From NCBI GenBank assembly GCA_045596905.1, contig JAZODG010000007.1:36829-100828 (forward strand): 64,000 bases of DNA, given 5' to 3'. Source of the DNA: Clostridia bacterium. Its GTDB lineage: Bacteria; Bacillota; Clostridia; Christensenellales; UBA1242. Of the stretch, positions 18,955-28,065 are shown one piece after another (position 1 is the stretch's first letter; every line of letters begins with the position of its first letter). The position numbers and the translations under genes are program-made. The notes below the pieces were generated by a model. That model was not told the DNA's origin, did not search any database, and saw only the letters and a list, made by a program, of their open reading frames with translations.

Positions 18955-20550
18955 CTAATTTTTCAAAAATTCCATCACTTTTTCAGCAATTTTGAGTCCG
19001 TCTGCGCCACTTGATGTGATACCACCAGCATACCCTGCACCTTCGCCTGCTGCAAATAAACCAGATATATTTGTCATCAAATTTTCATCTCTAACAATCT
19101 GCACAGGGGCGCTTGACCTAGACTCTATTCCAATAAGCAAATTATCATCATGTGCAAAGTTTTTAATTTTTTGGTTCATAAGTGGAAGAGCCAGTTTCAA
19201 ACTTTCAGAAACAAAGTCTGGCAAACATTTTGATAGGTCTGCAAATTTTATGTTTGGTTTATATGTTGCCTTTACCCTATCCATTGTTTCATCAAAACAT
19301 TCTTTTTTATCAGCAAGAAAATCTTTAACCTTTTCAGCAGGTGCGCTATAGTCTTTTCCACCAAGCTCATAGGCAAGTCTTTCAAACTTATGCTGAAACT
19401 CAACACCATCTAAAACATCACCATTGTCATAATCTTCAGGCACAACATTAACTAGAATCGCTGCATTTGCATTCTTTCCGTCTCTTGCTCTATAACTCAT
19501 TCCATTTGTAACTATTGTGTTTTCATCAGATGATGATGCAACAACATATCCACCTGGACACATACAAAACGTGAACACACTTCTGCCATTTGGCAAATGG
19601 AATGCCAGTTTATAGTTTGCAGATGGCAATGACAAATCGCTTCTGCCGTATTGAGCAAGGTTGATATCTTCCTGACTTTGTTCAATTCTCACACCCATAG
19701 CAAATGGTTTTTGCTTAAGGTCTGCTCCACTTTCTTTCAAATATTTGTATGTATCATATGCGCTATGTCCAACAGCTAAAATAAGGCTTCTTGTGGCGAT
19801 TTTTTTATGTTTATTCGTTTGCGTGTCAGTGTAAAGAACATCAGAAACTGCACCATTTTTAGTCTCAAAACCATCAAAATGAGCATTGAATAGCACCTTG
19901 CCACCAAGAGATTCAATCTTTTGTCTGATGCTCACAACGATTTTCTTTAACTCATCACTGCCAATATGTGGAGCATAGCTATAAAATATATCTTTTGCTG
20001 CGCCATTTAATATGAACTCATTGATAACCGTTTTTGTATATTCATTTGACACATTTGATGCAAGCTTTCCGTCAGAAAAGGTACCTGCTCCACCTTCACC
20101 AAACTGAACATTTGAATATTTATTAAGTTTTCGGTTGTTCCAAAACTCATCAATATCTTTTTGCCTTTCATCAACAGACTTTCCCTGTTCAAGAATAATT
20201 GGCTTAAGTCCTGCTTTTGCAAGAGCAAGACCAGTAAACATTCCAGCTGGTCCAAAACCAACAATAATTGGATTTGGAACATCAATGCCCAAATTTTCAT
20301 ACTCTACGCCAGCATGACTCACAACAACATCACCACAATCAGCAAGCTTCTTTTCTGCTTGTTTTTTAACAGCAACAGCAACATTGAGTTTTATTTGAAC
20401 ATTTGGCTTGTGCCTTGCATCTAAGCTTTCTCTAACAATGTCATAAGATAAAATTTCATCACGAAACAAACGATATTTTTTAGCAATCGCTTGAAAAACA
20501 TCGTTTTCTTTATAATTTAAACCAACTTTTAACTCAGTTAACAATTTCAT
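18955..20550 (-). CDS. FAD-dependent protein (uncharacterised NAD(FAD)-utilising dehydrogenase family, COG2509-like)
   Basis: The dinucleotide-binding motif IIVGFGPAGMFTGLALAKAGLKPIILEQG, GEGGAGTFSDGKL and a C-terminal GEGAGYAGGI are typical of this family. Confidence 0.7.
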   Translation of the reverse strand: MKLLTELKVGLNYKENDVFQAIAKKYRLFRDEILSYDIVRESLDARHKPNVQIKLNVAVAVKKQAEKKLADCGDVVVSHAGVEYENLGIDVPNPIIVGFGPAGMFTGLALAKAGLKPIILEQGKSVDERQKDIDEFWNNRKLNKYSNVQFGEGGAGTFSDGKLASNVSNEYTKTVINEFILNGAAKDIFYSYAPHIGSDELKKIVVSIRQKIESLGGKVLFNAHFDGFETKNGAVSDVLYTDTQTNKHKKIATRSLILAVGHSAYDTYKYLKESGADLKQKPFAMGVRIEQSQEDINLAQYGRSDLSLPSANYKLAFHLPNGRSVFTFCMCPGGYVVASSSDENTIVTNGMSYRARDGKNANAAILVNVVPEDYDNGDVLDGVEFQHKFERLAYELGGKDYSAPAEKVKDFLADKKECFDETMDRVKATYKPNIKFADLSKCLPDFVSESLKLALPLMNQKIKNFAHDDNLLIGIESRSSAPVQIVRDENLMTNISGLFAAGEGAGYAGGITSSGADGLKIAEKVMEFLKN

Positions 20551-20614
20551 AATTTAAACCCTACTTTCATTATAACACAAAATTCAAAAATACTTAAATA
20601 ATTTGCCACACAAA

Positions 20615-20644
20615 CAAAAAAAAGATATGCCATTTGGCATATCT
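20615..20644 (-). terminator. Rho-independent terminator after spoVG
   Basis: 10-bp stem agatatgcca/tggcatatct followed by U8 on the minus strand. Confidence 0.75.
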
Positions 20645-20684
20645 AATTGATTTTAAGTCTAGCTTTATCTATAAGAGCAGAAAA

Positions 20685-20963
20685 TTACTCTGCATCAGTA
20701 GCTGTAGCTTTTGCTTCTTCAAAAGCTTTCAAAACGATATCTTTAATCATTTCTCTAGTTTCTGTGTTTAATGGATGAACGATATCTTTGAATTCGCCAT
20801 CTGGTGTTTTTCTGCTTGGCATTGCAATAAAGTATCCTTCGTTGCCTTCGATAACTTTGATGTCATGAACAACAAAACAGTCATCGATTGTGATTGAAGC
20901 ACTAGCTTTAATCTTGCTCTTGTCGGTTTTAACAATGCGCACTCTTACGTCTGAAATTTTCAT
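20685..20963 (-). CDS. spoVG: Regulatory protein SpoVG
   Basis: [64 protein letters not shown]. Confidence 0.95.
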   Translation of the reverse strand: MKISDVRVRIVKTDKSKIKASASITIDDCFVVHDIKVIEGNEGYFIAMPSRKTPDGEFKDIVHPLNTETREMIKDIVLKAFEEAKATATDAE

Positions 20964-21084
20964 ATTTCTGCTCCTTAAAATTTATGTTTCCGTCTAATAT
21001 TATAGACAATTTAATTTTATAACATACATAAAAAAATAGCAAATAAATTTTGCTATCTTTTTAAATTTGGTTTTTTATTAAAAA

Positions 21085-21996
21085 TTACTTAAGTTCATCT
21101 CTATGTTCAACAACATACATATTGGCTTTTGCATAACCTTCTTCACTTCCACAATCAAAGTAATCTCCACCAAAAATACATGTCGAAGCCATGCCATCAC
21201 GTGCCAAGCTTTGAAGCACATCAGTCATGTTATATTCGCCATTTGGACGTGGTTTAACGTTAAAGATTCTTTCAAAGAAATCAATTGTTAAAACATATCT
21301 GCAGAAGCCCATAATGTTGCTTGGTTCAGTTCCTGGTGCAGGTTTTTCAATGATATCAAGCATTTTTGAACCTTTTCCGTTGCAGCATTCATCACCAAGC
21401 ACCATTGATGAATATTTATACATAACTTCTCTTGGAAGTTCTTTACCATAAACAACTGTGTCACCTGTTGCGTTATAGATATCAATAACTTCTTTTGTCA
21501 TTGATCTGCCATCTAAATAGAAACAAAGGTCATCGCCATTAAGAACAACAAATGGTTCATCCATAGCCCATTTCTTTCCAGCATTGATTGCAATTGCAGA
21601 ACCCCTTTCATTGAGACCATCATTTTCATATGTTTCGCCTTCATATGTAAATGTTGGGTCATCTTGGTTAACATAAGTGATTTTCACTTGTTTCATAAGG
21701 TCCATGTATCCTGAAAGCATTGGAAGTTTGCCGTCAGATTCAACCTTTGCCATATATTCTTTTGAAGGGTTCAAAAAGTTTTCAAAACTTTCTTGTTTAA
21801 GCTTATTTCCAACAATCAAAATGTCGTTAATACCAGCTTTCACAAGGTCTTCAATATGATACATGATAATTGGCTTGTTTCCAATAGGAAAAAGTTCTTT
21901 TGCCAAACAAAGTGTTGCTGGCAAAAATCTTGTTCCAAGACCACCTGCCAAAATCATAGCTTTTCTAACTTGTTTTTTATTTTCAATTCTTTCCAT
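21085..21996 (-). CDS. UTP--glucose-1-phosphate uridylyltransferase family nucleotidyltransferase
   Basis: KAMILAGGLGTRFLPATLCLAKELFPIGNKPII, EKPAPGTEPSN and NMTDVLQ match GalU/GtaB. The start is set at MERIENK after a GGAG SD. Confidence 0.7.
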   Translation of the reverse strand: MERIENKKQVRKAMILAGGLGTRFLPATLCLAKELFPIGNKPIIMYHIEDLVKAGINDILIVGNKLKQESFENFLNPSKEYMAKVESDGKLPMLSGYMDLMKQVKITYVNQDDPTFTYEGETYENDGLNERGSAIAINAGKKWAMDEPFVVLNGDDLCFYLDGRSMTKEVIDIYNATGDTVVYGKELPREVMYKYSSMVLGDECCNGKGSKMLDIIEKPAPGTEPSNIMGFCRYVLTIDFFERIFNVKPRPNGEYNMTDVLQSLARDGMASTCIFGGDYFDCGSEEGYAKANMYVVEHRDELK

Positions 21997-22100
21997 AAAA
22001 TTCTCCATTTTAAATTTTTTACAATAATATTTTATCATAGCAAAAAACAAAATAAAAACTTTTATAACAAATTTGCTATAAAAGTTTTTTCTAAGCGTTA

Positions 22101-23357
22101 TTAATCTTCTGTAAGACCACTCTCTTTCATTCTCTTTTCAAGAACTATCAAGAATATGTCAACAAGCAATATTGAAAGGATTGAGAAGCACATAAATATC
22201 TTTAATGCCACAAAAACTGAACCAAAATAAGCCCCGATTGCCCCAGTCATAGCCATGAGAGCAAACATCACAATTCTTTCAATACCCATTACAACTTCAA
22301 TCGCACATTGATATTCTGCAATATCGTCATAAAGGTCAAGTTTTTTAAGAATAATGTTTCTAATGATATCAAAACTCATTGAGTGAGAAACCATACAAAC
22401 AGCTGTCATAAACGAATAAATAATGATTGTTGTCTTACAAACATTGATTACCAGCAAAAGCGTTGAAATTATAGGCAGAATGCCTGAAATCAAGAACACA
22501 ATCTTTCTGTTTCCTATCCTTGTGTATTTTCTAAGTAGTGTTATTGTAACAAGCGTTACAACTGCAACAATACTTGTGATTATACCAAGTGAGAAATCTG
22601 AACCAAACTCATACATAATAATGATTGTTTTAAGTGGTGCAATAACAGTTGTTAAGCCATAAAATCCACCAATTATAATGCTTAAAATCACAAGTCTGCC
22701 AGTTTTCCCTTTAAGCTTAATATCTGAAATAAAGCCCTTCATATTAAAACCAGAATTCTCAGGTCTCTTTGACTTAATGAATATTGATAAAATCAATTCA
22801 GTAATAGCCACACCCAAAATAATCTTTGCACAGTCAACAAACGTAGCTGAATCAATAATTCTACCAAGAACAATAGGAACAACAATATTTGTTATTTCGC
22901 ATGCAATAAGTTGAAATCCTGAATACCTAGCAACAGCATGCTTTGAAACAAGTTCGTTTTTCATCAAGTTATACGAACTCCAATAGCACGATTCAGAAAA
23001 ACCATGTAGCAACCCTGCCAAAACAACATATTTCGCTAAGCTTGCACCCCAGAACACAACACAAACAATAAACACAGACCTAATAACAATCGCTATCCTA
23101 TAAAATGTTACCCTATCTGTTTTGTCAATGATGTTTGATATTAAATAATAAAACACCACCATTGAACAATAGTTGAACATATAAAACAGTGCAACATTCA
23201 TCACATAGTTTGTTGATATTGAATAGATATACGAAATTAGGAACGTGCTAACAAAAATCGAAACCGTGTTGTTTAAGGTGTGTGTGCCAAGCATTGCCTT
23301 ATTCATAGGTTTGAGTTTTTGCTTCATCTGCAAGCTTTCAGAACTAACATTTTCCAT
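22101..23357 (-). CDS. Multi-pass membrane transporter (MFS-like)
   Basis: About 12 hydrophobic segments. The start is set at MENVSSE after a GGGTGA SD. A terminator hairpin lies at about 22054-22090. Confidence 0.45.
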   Translation of the reverse strand: MENVSSESLQMKQKLKPMNKAMLGTHTLNNTVSIFVSTFLISYIYSISTNYVMNVALFYMFNYCSMVVFYYLISNIIDKTDRVTFYRIAIVIRSVFIVCVVFWGASLAKYVVLAGLLHGFSESCYWSSYNLMKNELVSKHAVARYSGFQLIACEITNIVVPIVLGRIIDSATFVDCAKIILGVAITELILSIFIKSKRPENSGFNMKGFISDIKLKGKTGRLVILSIIIGGFYGLTTVIAPLKTIIIMYEFGSDFSLGIITSIVAVVTLVTITLLRKYTRIGNRKIVFLISGILPIISTLLLVINVCKTTIIIYSFMTAVCMVSHSMSFDIIRNIILKKLDLYDDIAEYQCAIEVVMGIERIVMFALMAMTGAIGAYFGSVFVALKIFMCFSILSILLVDIFLIVLEKRMKESGLTED

Positions 23358-23438
23358 AAAAGTCACCCTTTTGTTTGATATAAAATGATTATAACACATA
23401 AAAATTTTAACACAAACTAAAAAACATCGATAATTTAT

Positions 23439-23467
23439 TTGCATAATTAATTTTCAGTCGATATAAT
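23439..23467 (+). promoter_or_regulatory. Putative promoter of the SPFH gene (TTGCAT-17-TATAAT)
   Basis: Read directly. A GGGGGA SD precedes the ATG at 23494. Confidence 0.55.
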
Positions 23468-23493
23468 AAGAGTAGAAAAATAGGGGGAAAACT

Positions 23494-24528
23494 ATGGGCT
23501 TCTTTAAAACAAATTTATTAAAATCTCTTGAATGGGTTGACGATTCAACAGACACAATCGTTTACAAATACCCAATGGATGGCAGACAAATCCAATATGG
23601 TTCAAAATTAACCGTTAGAGCAAGTCAAGTTGCAGTATTTTTAAACAAAGGTAAAATCGCTGATATCTTCGGACCAGGCATGTATACCCTTCAAACAAGC
23701 AACTTGCCAATCTTCACACAACTTATGAGTTGGGGTTATGGATTCAAATCTCCATTCTATGCTGATGTATACTTCATCAACACAAAACAATTCACAAATC
23801 AAAGATGGGGCACAAGCAACCCTATCACAATGAGAGACAAAGATTTTGGAACAATCCGTATCCGTGGTTATGGAAACTACGCTTTCAAAGTTGAAAATCC
23901 TGAAGTGTTCATGAAAGAATTGTTCGGAACAAATTCAACATTCTCAACTGAAGATATTTCTTCATACTTAAAAAGCATTATCGTTTCTTCAATCTCTGAC
24001 ACAATTGCAGAATCAAAAATCTCTGCTCTTGATATCGCAAGTAACTTGATTGAGTTCTCAAAGGTTGCTGGAGAATCATTGTCTGAAACATTCTCTAACC
24101 TTGGCTTGAAACTTACAAAATTGGTAATCGAAAACATTTCATTCCCTGAAGAAGTTGAAAAAGCTATCGACACAAGATCAAGCATGGGCGTTCTTTCAGA
24201 TAAGATGGACACATTTGTAAAATATCAATCAGCAAATGCTATCCGTGACGCTGCTAAAAATGAAGGTATGGGTGGTCTTGGTGCTCAACTTGGAACAGGT
24301 GTTGCACTTGGCGAAATCATGAAAAATTCATTCGCTGCCCCAACCCAAACAGCTCAAGCTGAAGGCGATGCAAAATTCTGCCCAAGCTGTGGTGCAAAGA
24401 ATCCACAAGGCGCAAAATTCTGTGTTGAATGTGGTGGAAAGCTTTCACAAAAAGGCAAATGCCCAAAATGTGGTGCTGACGTTTCTGGAAAGAGCAAATT
24501 CTGTCCTGAATGTGGCGAAAAATTATAA
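23494..24528 (+). CDS. SPFH-domain protein with C-terminal double zinc ribbon (YdjI/COG4260 family)
   Basis: The N-terminus LEWVDDSTDTIVYKYP...VRASQVAVFLNKGKIADIFGPGMYTL matches YdjI-type proteins. The C-terminus is FCPSCGAKNPQGAKFCVECG...CPKCGADVSGKSKFCPECG. Confidence 0.8.
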   Translation: MGFFKTNLLKSLEWVDDSTDTIVYKYPMDGRQIQYGSKLTVRASQVAVFLNKGKIADIFGPGMYTLQTSNLPIFTQLMSWGYGFKSPFYADVYFINTKQFTNQRWGTSNPITMRDKDFGTIRIRGYGNYAFKVENPEVFMKELFGTNSTFSTEDISSYLKSIIVSSISDTIAESKISALDIASNLIEFSKVAGESLSETFSNLGLKLTKLVIENISFPEEVEKAIDTRSSMGVLSDKMDTFVKYQSANAIRDAAKNEGMGGLGAQLGTGVALGEIMKNSFAAPTQTAQAEGDAKFCPSCGAKNPQGAKFCVECGGKLSQKGKCPKCGADVSGKSKFCPECGEKL

Positions 24529-24536
24529 TAAACAAA

Positions 24537-24567
24537 AACCATCAACCATAAATTGATGGTTTTTTTA
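24537..24567 (+). terminator. Rho-independent terminator after the SPFH gene
   Basis: 9-bp stem aaccatcaa/ttgatggtt followed by a T-run. Confidence 0.75.
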
Positions 24568-24689
24568 TTTTATTGAATATTTCTGGTTAAAAATTATCAT
24601 ATTCCCCACTCAAAATTTGTCTAAAGTGTTTATTTTTGTTTTTAATAAAAATTTTTATGTGCTATAATTAAAAATGTATAGGAGGAAGT

Positions 24690-25424
24690 ATGAATTCTAG
24701 TATCGTTGATTATAATTTCGCCAGAGCTTGGGACATGCATCAAGGCAACTTCGCTCACGGCATTGCTCAAAAGCTTTTAACTTATGGAGAATTAAACAAT
24801 AAAACATTCAAATCTGTATATGATATTGTCTGTGGAGCTTCAAATCTCCTTAGCTTTTTTAATGAAAAAGGTTTAAAATGTTTCGGAACAGAAACAAGAC
24901 AAGGCATGTATGAATATTCAAAAGAGAAAATTCCATCAGCAACATATTATTTAACAAAGAAAATGTATGAAATGCCAGGAAAAGACAAGGTTGACCTTAT
25001 CACCTGCACTCACGATATTGTTAACTATCTTGAAAACTTTGATGAATGGATGACACTCTTCAAAAACGCCGAAAAGAGACTTAACAAAAACGGTGTGTTT
25101 ATGTTTGACTTCTATTCAAAATACAAGCTTACTGATTGGAATGAAACAACCTACACATCTTCCCCACACCTTGATTGTTTAATGACTGCTAAATCTGGTA
25201 TTTTTGATAAAGCCATGATCACCTATCAATATTACATCAACTATGAAAACTTTTATGTTAAAACAAAAGATGTTATTACTGAAGGCTATTATGACAACAC
25301 TCAAATCAAAGAAGGTCTCATAAAAGCAGGTTTCAAAAATGTTCAATTTGTTGATGAAAACCTTAATCCAATTGAACAAAATGACTATCTTGAAAGAGTA
25401 TATATTATCGCAACAAAGAAATAA
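24690..25424 (+). CDS. Class I SAM-dependent methyltransferase (YqeM-like architecture), paralog 1
   Basis: Motif I region VYDIVCGASNLL and post-I/II regions (DLITCTHDIVNYL, LNKNGVFMFDF). An AGGAGG SD and an extended -10 (TGcTATAAT, 24663-24668) lie upstream. Confidence 0.6.
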   Translation: MNSSIVDYNFARAWDMHQGNFAHGIAQKLLTYGELNNKTFKSVYDIVCGASNLLSFFNEKGLKCFGTETRQGMYEYSKEKIPSATYYLTKKMYEMPGKDKVDLITCTHDIVNYLENFDEWMTLFKNAEKRLNKNGVFMFDFYSKYKLTDWNETTYTSSPHLDCLMTAKSGIFDKAMITYQYYINYENFYVKTKDVITEGYYDNTQIKEGLIKAGFKNVQFVDENLNPIEQNDYLERVYIIATKK

Positions 25425-25433
25425 GGAGTAGTT

Positions 25434-26246
25434 ATGTATAATATTAATGATTCAAATTTTAGTGAAGCATTTGCGATTGCTTGGAGCGAAAACCAAGGAA
25501 GCTATTCAGCAAATCTTGCAAAGAAAATTCTCAACTTCATCAAACTCCAAAACCTTAAGGTTAATTCTGTTTTAGACGTATGCTGTGGTTCAGCAAACTT
25601 TCTTGAATATATGAAAGATAACGGTTTAGACTGCACAGGAACAGAATTTTTGGATTCATATATTGAATATGACAAAAACAAATTCCCTGACATCAAGTTT
25701 GTTAAAACAAAAGACGTTGACGACCTTGAAGCTCTTGGAACTTATGACTTGATTTCATGCAACCACGACGTTGTTAACATGCTCCCTACTCTTGAATCTT
25801 GGGGAACATTCTTTAAAAATGTTTACAAACACTTAAATAACGGTGGCATCTTCCTTTTTGACTTCTACACAAAAAGAAAGCTTCAAGAATGGAATGAAAC
25901 AACATATGACGAAAATGAAAAACTTGATTATATCAAAACAATAGTTTGCGACGGAAAAACAAGCACTGCAATTTCAAATATTTATTATATCAATATTGCA
26001 AACGTCTCAAAAAATGACAATGTTTCTGTAATGGACAGACAATATTCACTCAACAACTATGATAATAAATATAAAAAGACAGAAAACACTTCAGTTGAAT
26101 ATTATTTTGAAAATCAAGACATTTTGAACCAACTTAAAGGTTCAGGCTATAGATATTTGATTACAACTGATGCAAATCTCTCACCTATCTCAAATATTGA
26201 AGACGTGAACCGTTTGCATATTATTGCAATCAAACGTGAACAATAA
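25434..26246 (+). CDS. Class I SAM-dependent methyltransferase (YqeM-like architecture), paralog 2
   Basis: VLDVCCGSANFL, DLISCNHDVVNML and LNNGGIFLFDF are collinear with the upstream gene. An AAGGAG SD lies in the 9-nt gap. Confidence 0.6.
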   Translation: MYNINDSNFSEAFAIAWSENQGSYSANLAKKILNFIKLQNLKVNSVLDVCCGSANFLEYMKDNGLDCTGTEFLDSYIEYDKNKFPDIKFVKTKDVDDLEALGTYDLISCNHDVVNMLPTLESWGTFFKNVYKHLNNGGIFLFDFYTKRKLQEWNETTYDENEKLDYIKTIVCDGKTSTAISNIYYINIANVSKNDNVSVMDRQYSLNNYDNKYKKTENTSVEYYFENQDILNQLKGSGYRYLITTDANLSPISNIEDVNRLHIIAIKREQ

Positions 26247-26260
26247 TTTATTTATCAATA

Positions 26261-26292
26261 AAAAACGGATTTGAAATTTCAAATCCGTTTTT
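26261..26292. terminator. Bidirectional terminator between the methyltransferase pair and pyrG
   Basis: Perfect palindrome acggatttga-aatt-tcaaatccgt flanked by A-runs and T-runs. Confidence 0.8.
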
Positions 26293-26302
26293 ATTTTGTT
26301 TT

Positions 26303-27907
26303 TTATCTAACGCTCTTTGCAGTATTTGCAAGTCCAAGGAACAATGGGTGTGGTCTGTTTGGTCTTGATTTGTTTGCACCTTCATAAATAACACCAACAA
26401 AGAATGGGTGATTCTTAAGTTCAACAACTTCAACAAGCTTGCTTTCTGGGTTCATACCAGCAACAATAAGACCGGCTTTCTCGAACTTTTCAGAGTATTT
26501 TCCATTAAACTCAAAGCGATGTCTATGTCTTTCTTCAATCAGCTCTTTACCATACAATTTTGCTGCTTGAGTTGATGGGTCAAGTACGCATTTGTAAGAT
26601 CCCAAACGCATTGTGCCACCCTTCATAACAATAGCCTTTTGTTCAGCCATAACGTCAACAACAGGAAACTCTGTTTCTGGGTCAATTTCTGTTGTGTTTG
26701 CACGTGCCATTCCAAGCTCATTTCTAGCAATTTCAACACATGCAAGTTGCATTCCAAGTCCCAATCCAAGATAAGGAATCTTGTTTATACGTGCATAGTT
26801 GATAGCCATAAGCATACCATTTAAGCCACGGCTTCCCCAACCTGATGGAACGATAATAGCTTTTGCACCTTTAAGGAATCTTTCAACACCAACTTCTTCA
26901 ACGTCTTCTGCGTCAATAAGCTCAATTTTTGCCCTTACTTGGTTGTAAGTGCAAGCATGCTTGATTGCTTCTTCAATTGACAAGTATGCGTCTGAAACCT
27001 TGGTATATTTTCCTACAATACAGAATCTGATTTCTGGATAATCACCCTTAAAGTTATTAACCATAAATTCCCAAGATTTCAAGTCAGCCTTTGGAAGATT
27101 TGTTCTAAACTTTCGCAAAATAAGTTCGTCAAGACCTTCATTTTGCAAAACTACAGGAATTTCATAAACACTTTCAAGGTCAGGCACATGAACAACGCTT
27201 TTTTCGCTGTTTAAGAAGCATCTTCTTGCGATTCTCTTCTTTGTATCTTCATTAATAACAGTTCCCTTTGCAGTTCTACAAACAACAGCATCTGCATTAA
27301 TGCCAAGACTGTTAAGTTTTTGAACTGAGTTTTGAACGGTTTCAATTTTTGTTTCACCTGTAACTTCAATATATGGCAACAAATCAACATGCAAAACAAA
27401 AACATTTTCGCTTCCAACTTCAGAAATAAGCTGTCTAACACCATGAAGGTAAATGCTTGTTTCCATATCGTTCATGGTTCCACCTATTTCAACGATAACA
27501 ACATCAAAGTCACTTGAAGCAAGAGCCATCATGCTCTCTTTAACTTCTGTTGTAACGTGTGGAACAATGCCAACAGTTGAACCAACATATTTGCCAAGTC
27601 TTTCTTTATTGATAACAGAAGAGAACAATTTTCCACCAGATATATCACTGATTCTTGTTAAGTTCATATCCAAAAATCTTTCATAGTGACCGATATCAAG
27701 GTCTGTTTCTGCACCATCATCAGTAACAAAAACTTCACCATGTTGATAAGGACTCATTGTTCCAGGGTCAACATTCAAATAAGGGTTAAACTTTTGCATA
27801 GTAACTCTAACCCCTCTATTTTTGAGAAGTCTTCCAAGACCTGCAGCAGTAATGCCCTTGCCTAGATTTGATATAACACCACCAGTCACAATTATATATT
27901 TGCTCAT
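26303..27907 (-). CDS. pyrG: CTP synthase
   Basis: MSKYIIVTGGVISNLGKGITAAGLGRLLK plus a C-terminal glutamine amidotransferase domain (GLGMQ). Confidence 0.95.
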   Translation of the reverse strand: MSKYIIVTGGVISNLGKGITAAGLGRLLKNRGVRVTMQKFNPYLNVDPGTMSPYQHGEVFVTDDGAETDLDIGHYERFLDMNLTRISDISGGKLFSSVINKERLGKYVGSTVGIVPHVTTEVKESMMALASSDFDVVIVEIGGTMNDMETSIYLHGVRQLISEVGSENVFVLHVDLLPYIEVTGETKIETVQNSVQKLNSLGINADAVVCRTAKGTVINEDTKKRIARRCFLNSEKSVVHVPDLESVYEIPVVLQNEGLDELILRKFRTNLPKADLKSWEFMVNNFKGDYPEIRFCIVGKYTKVSDAYLSIEEAIKHACTYNQVRAKIELIDAEDVEEVGVERFLKGAKAIIVPSGWGSRGLNGMLMAINYARINKIPYLGLGLGMQLACVEIARNELGMARANTTEIDPETEFPVVDVMAEQKAIVMKGGTMRLGSYKCVLDPSTQAAKLYGKELIEERHRHRFEFNGKYSEKFEKAGLIVAGMNPESKLVEVVELKNHPFFVGVIYEGANKSRPNRPHPLFLGLANTAKSVR

Positions 27908-27940
27908 AACTTGCTCCTATTATATATACTAATACAATCT

Positions 27941-27969
27941 TATTATAGTAATTTTATTTAACAAGGTCA
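27941..27969 (-). promoter_or_regulatory. Putative promoter of pyrG (TTGACC-17-TATAAT)
   Basis: Read directly. A leader of about 30 nt with an AGGAG SD follows. Confidence 0.6.
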
Positions 27970-28065
27970 AATTTTAAACTGCATTTTATAAATAAAAATA
28001 AAATAATAAAAAAATAAGCAAAAAATACTCTGCTTATTTTTATTTTTTATATTTTTTAGTGATTT

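Noticed and set aside
24317-24556. Three small ORFs overlapping the 3' end of the SPFH gene on both strands
   Set aside because: This region encodes the repeated CxxC zinc-ribbon segments of the SPFH protein, and the alternative frames have no start signals.
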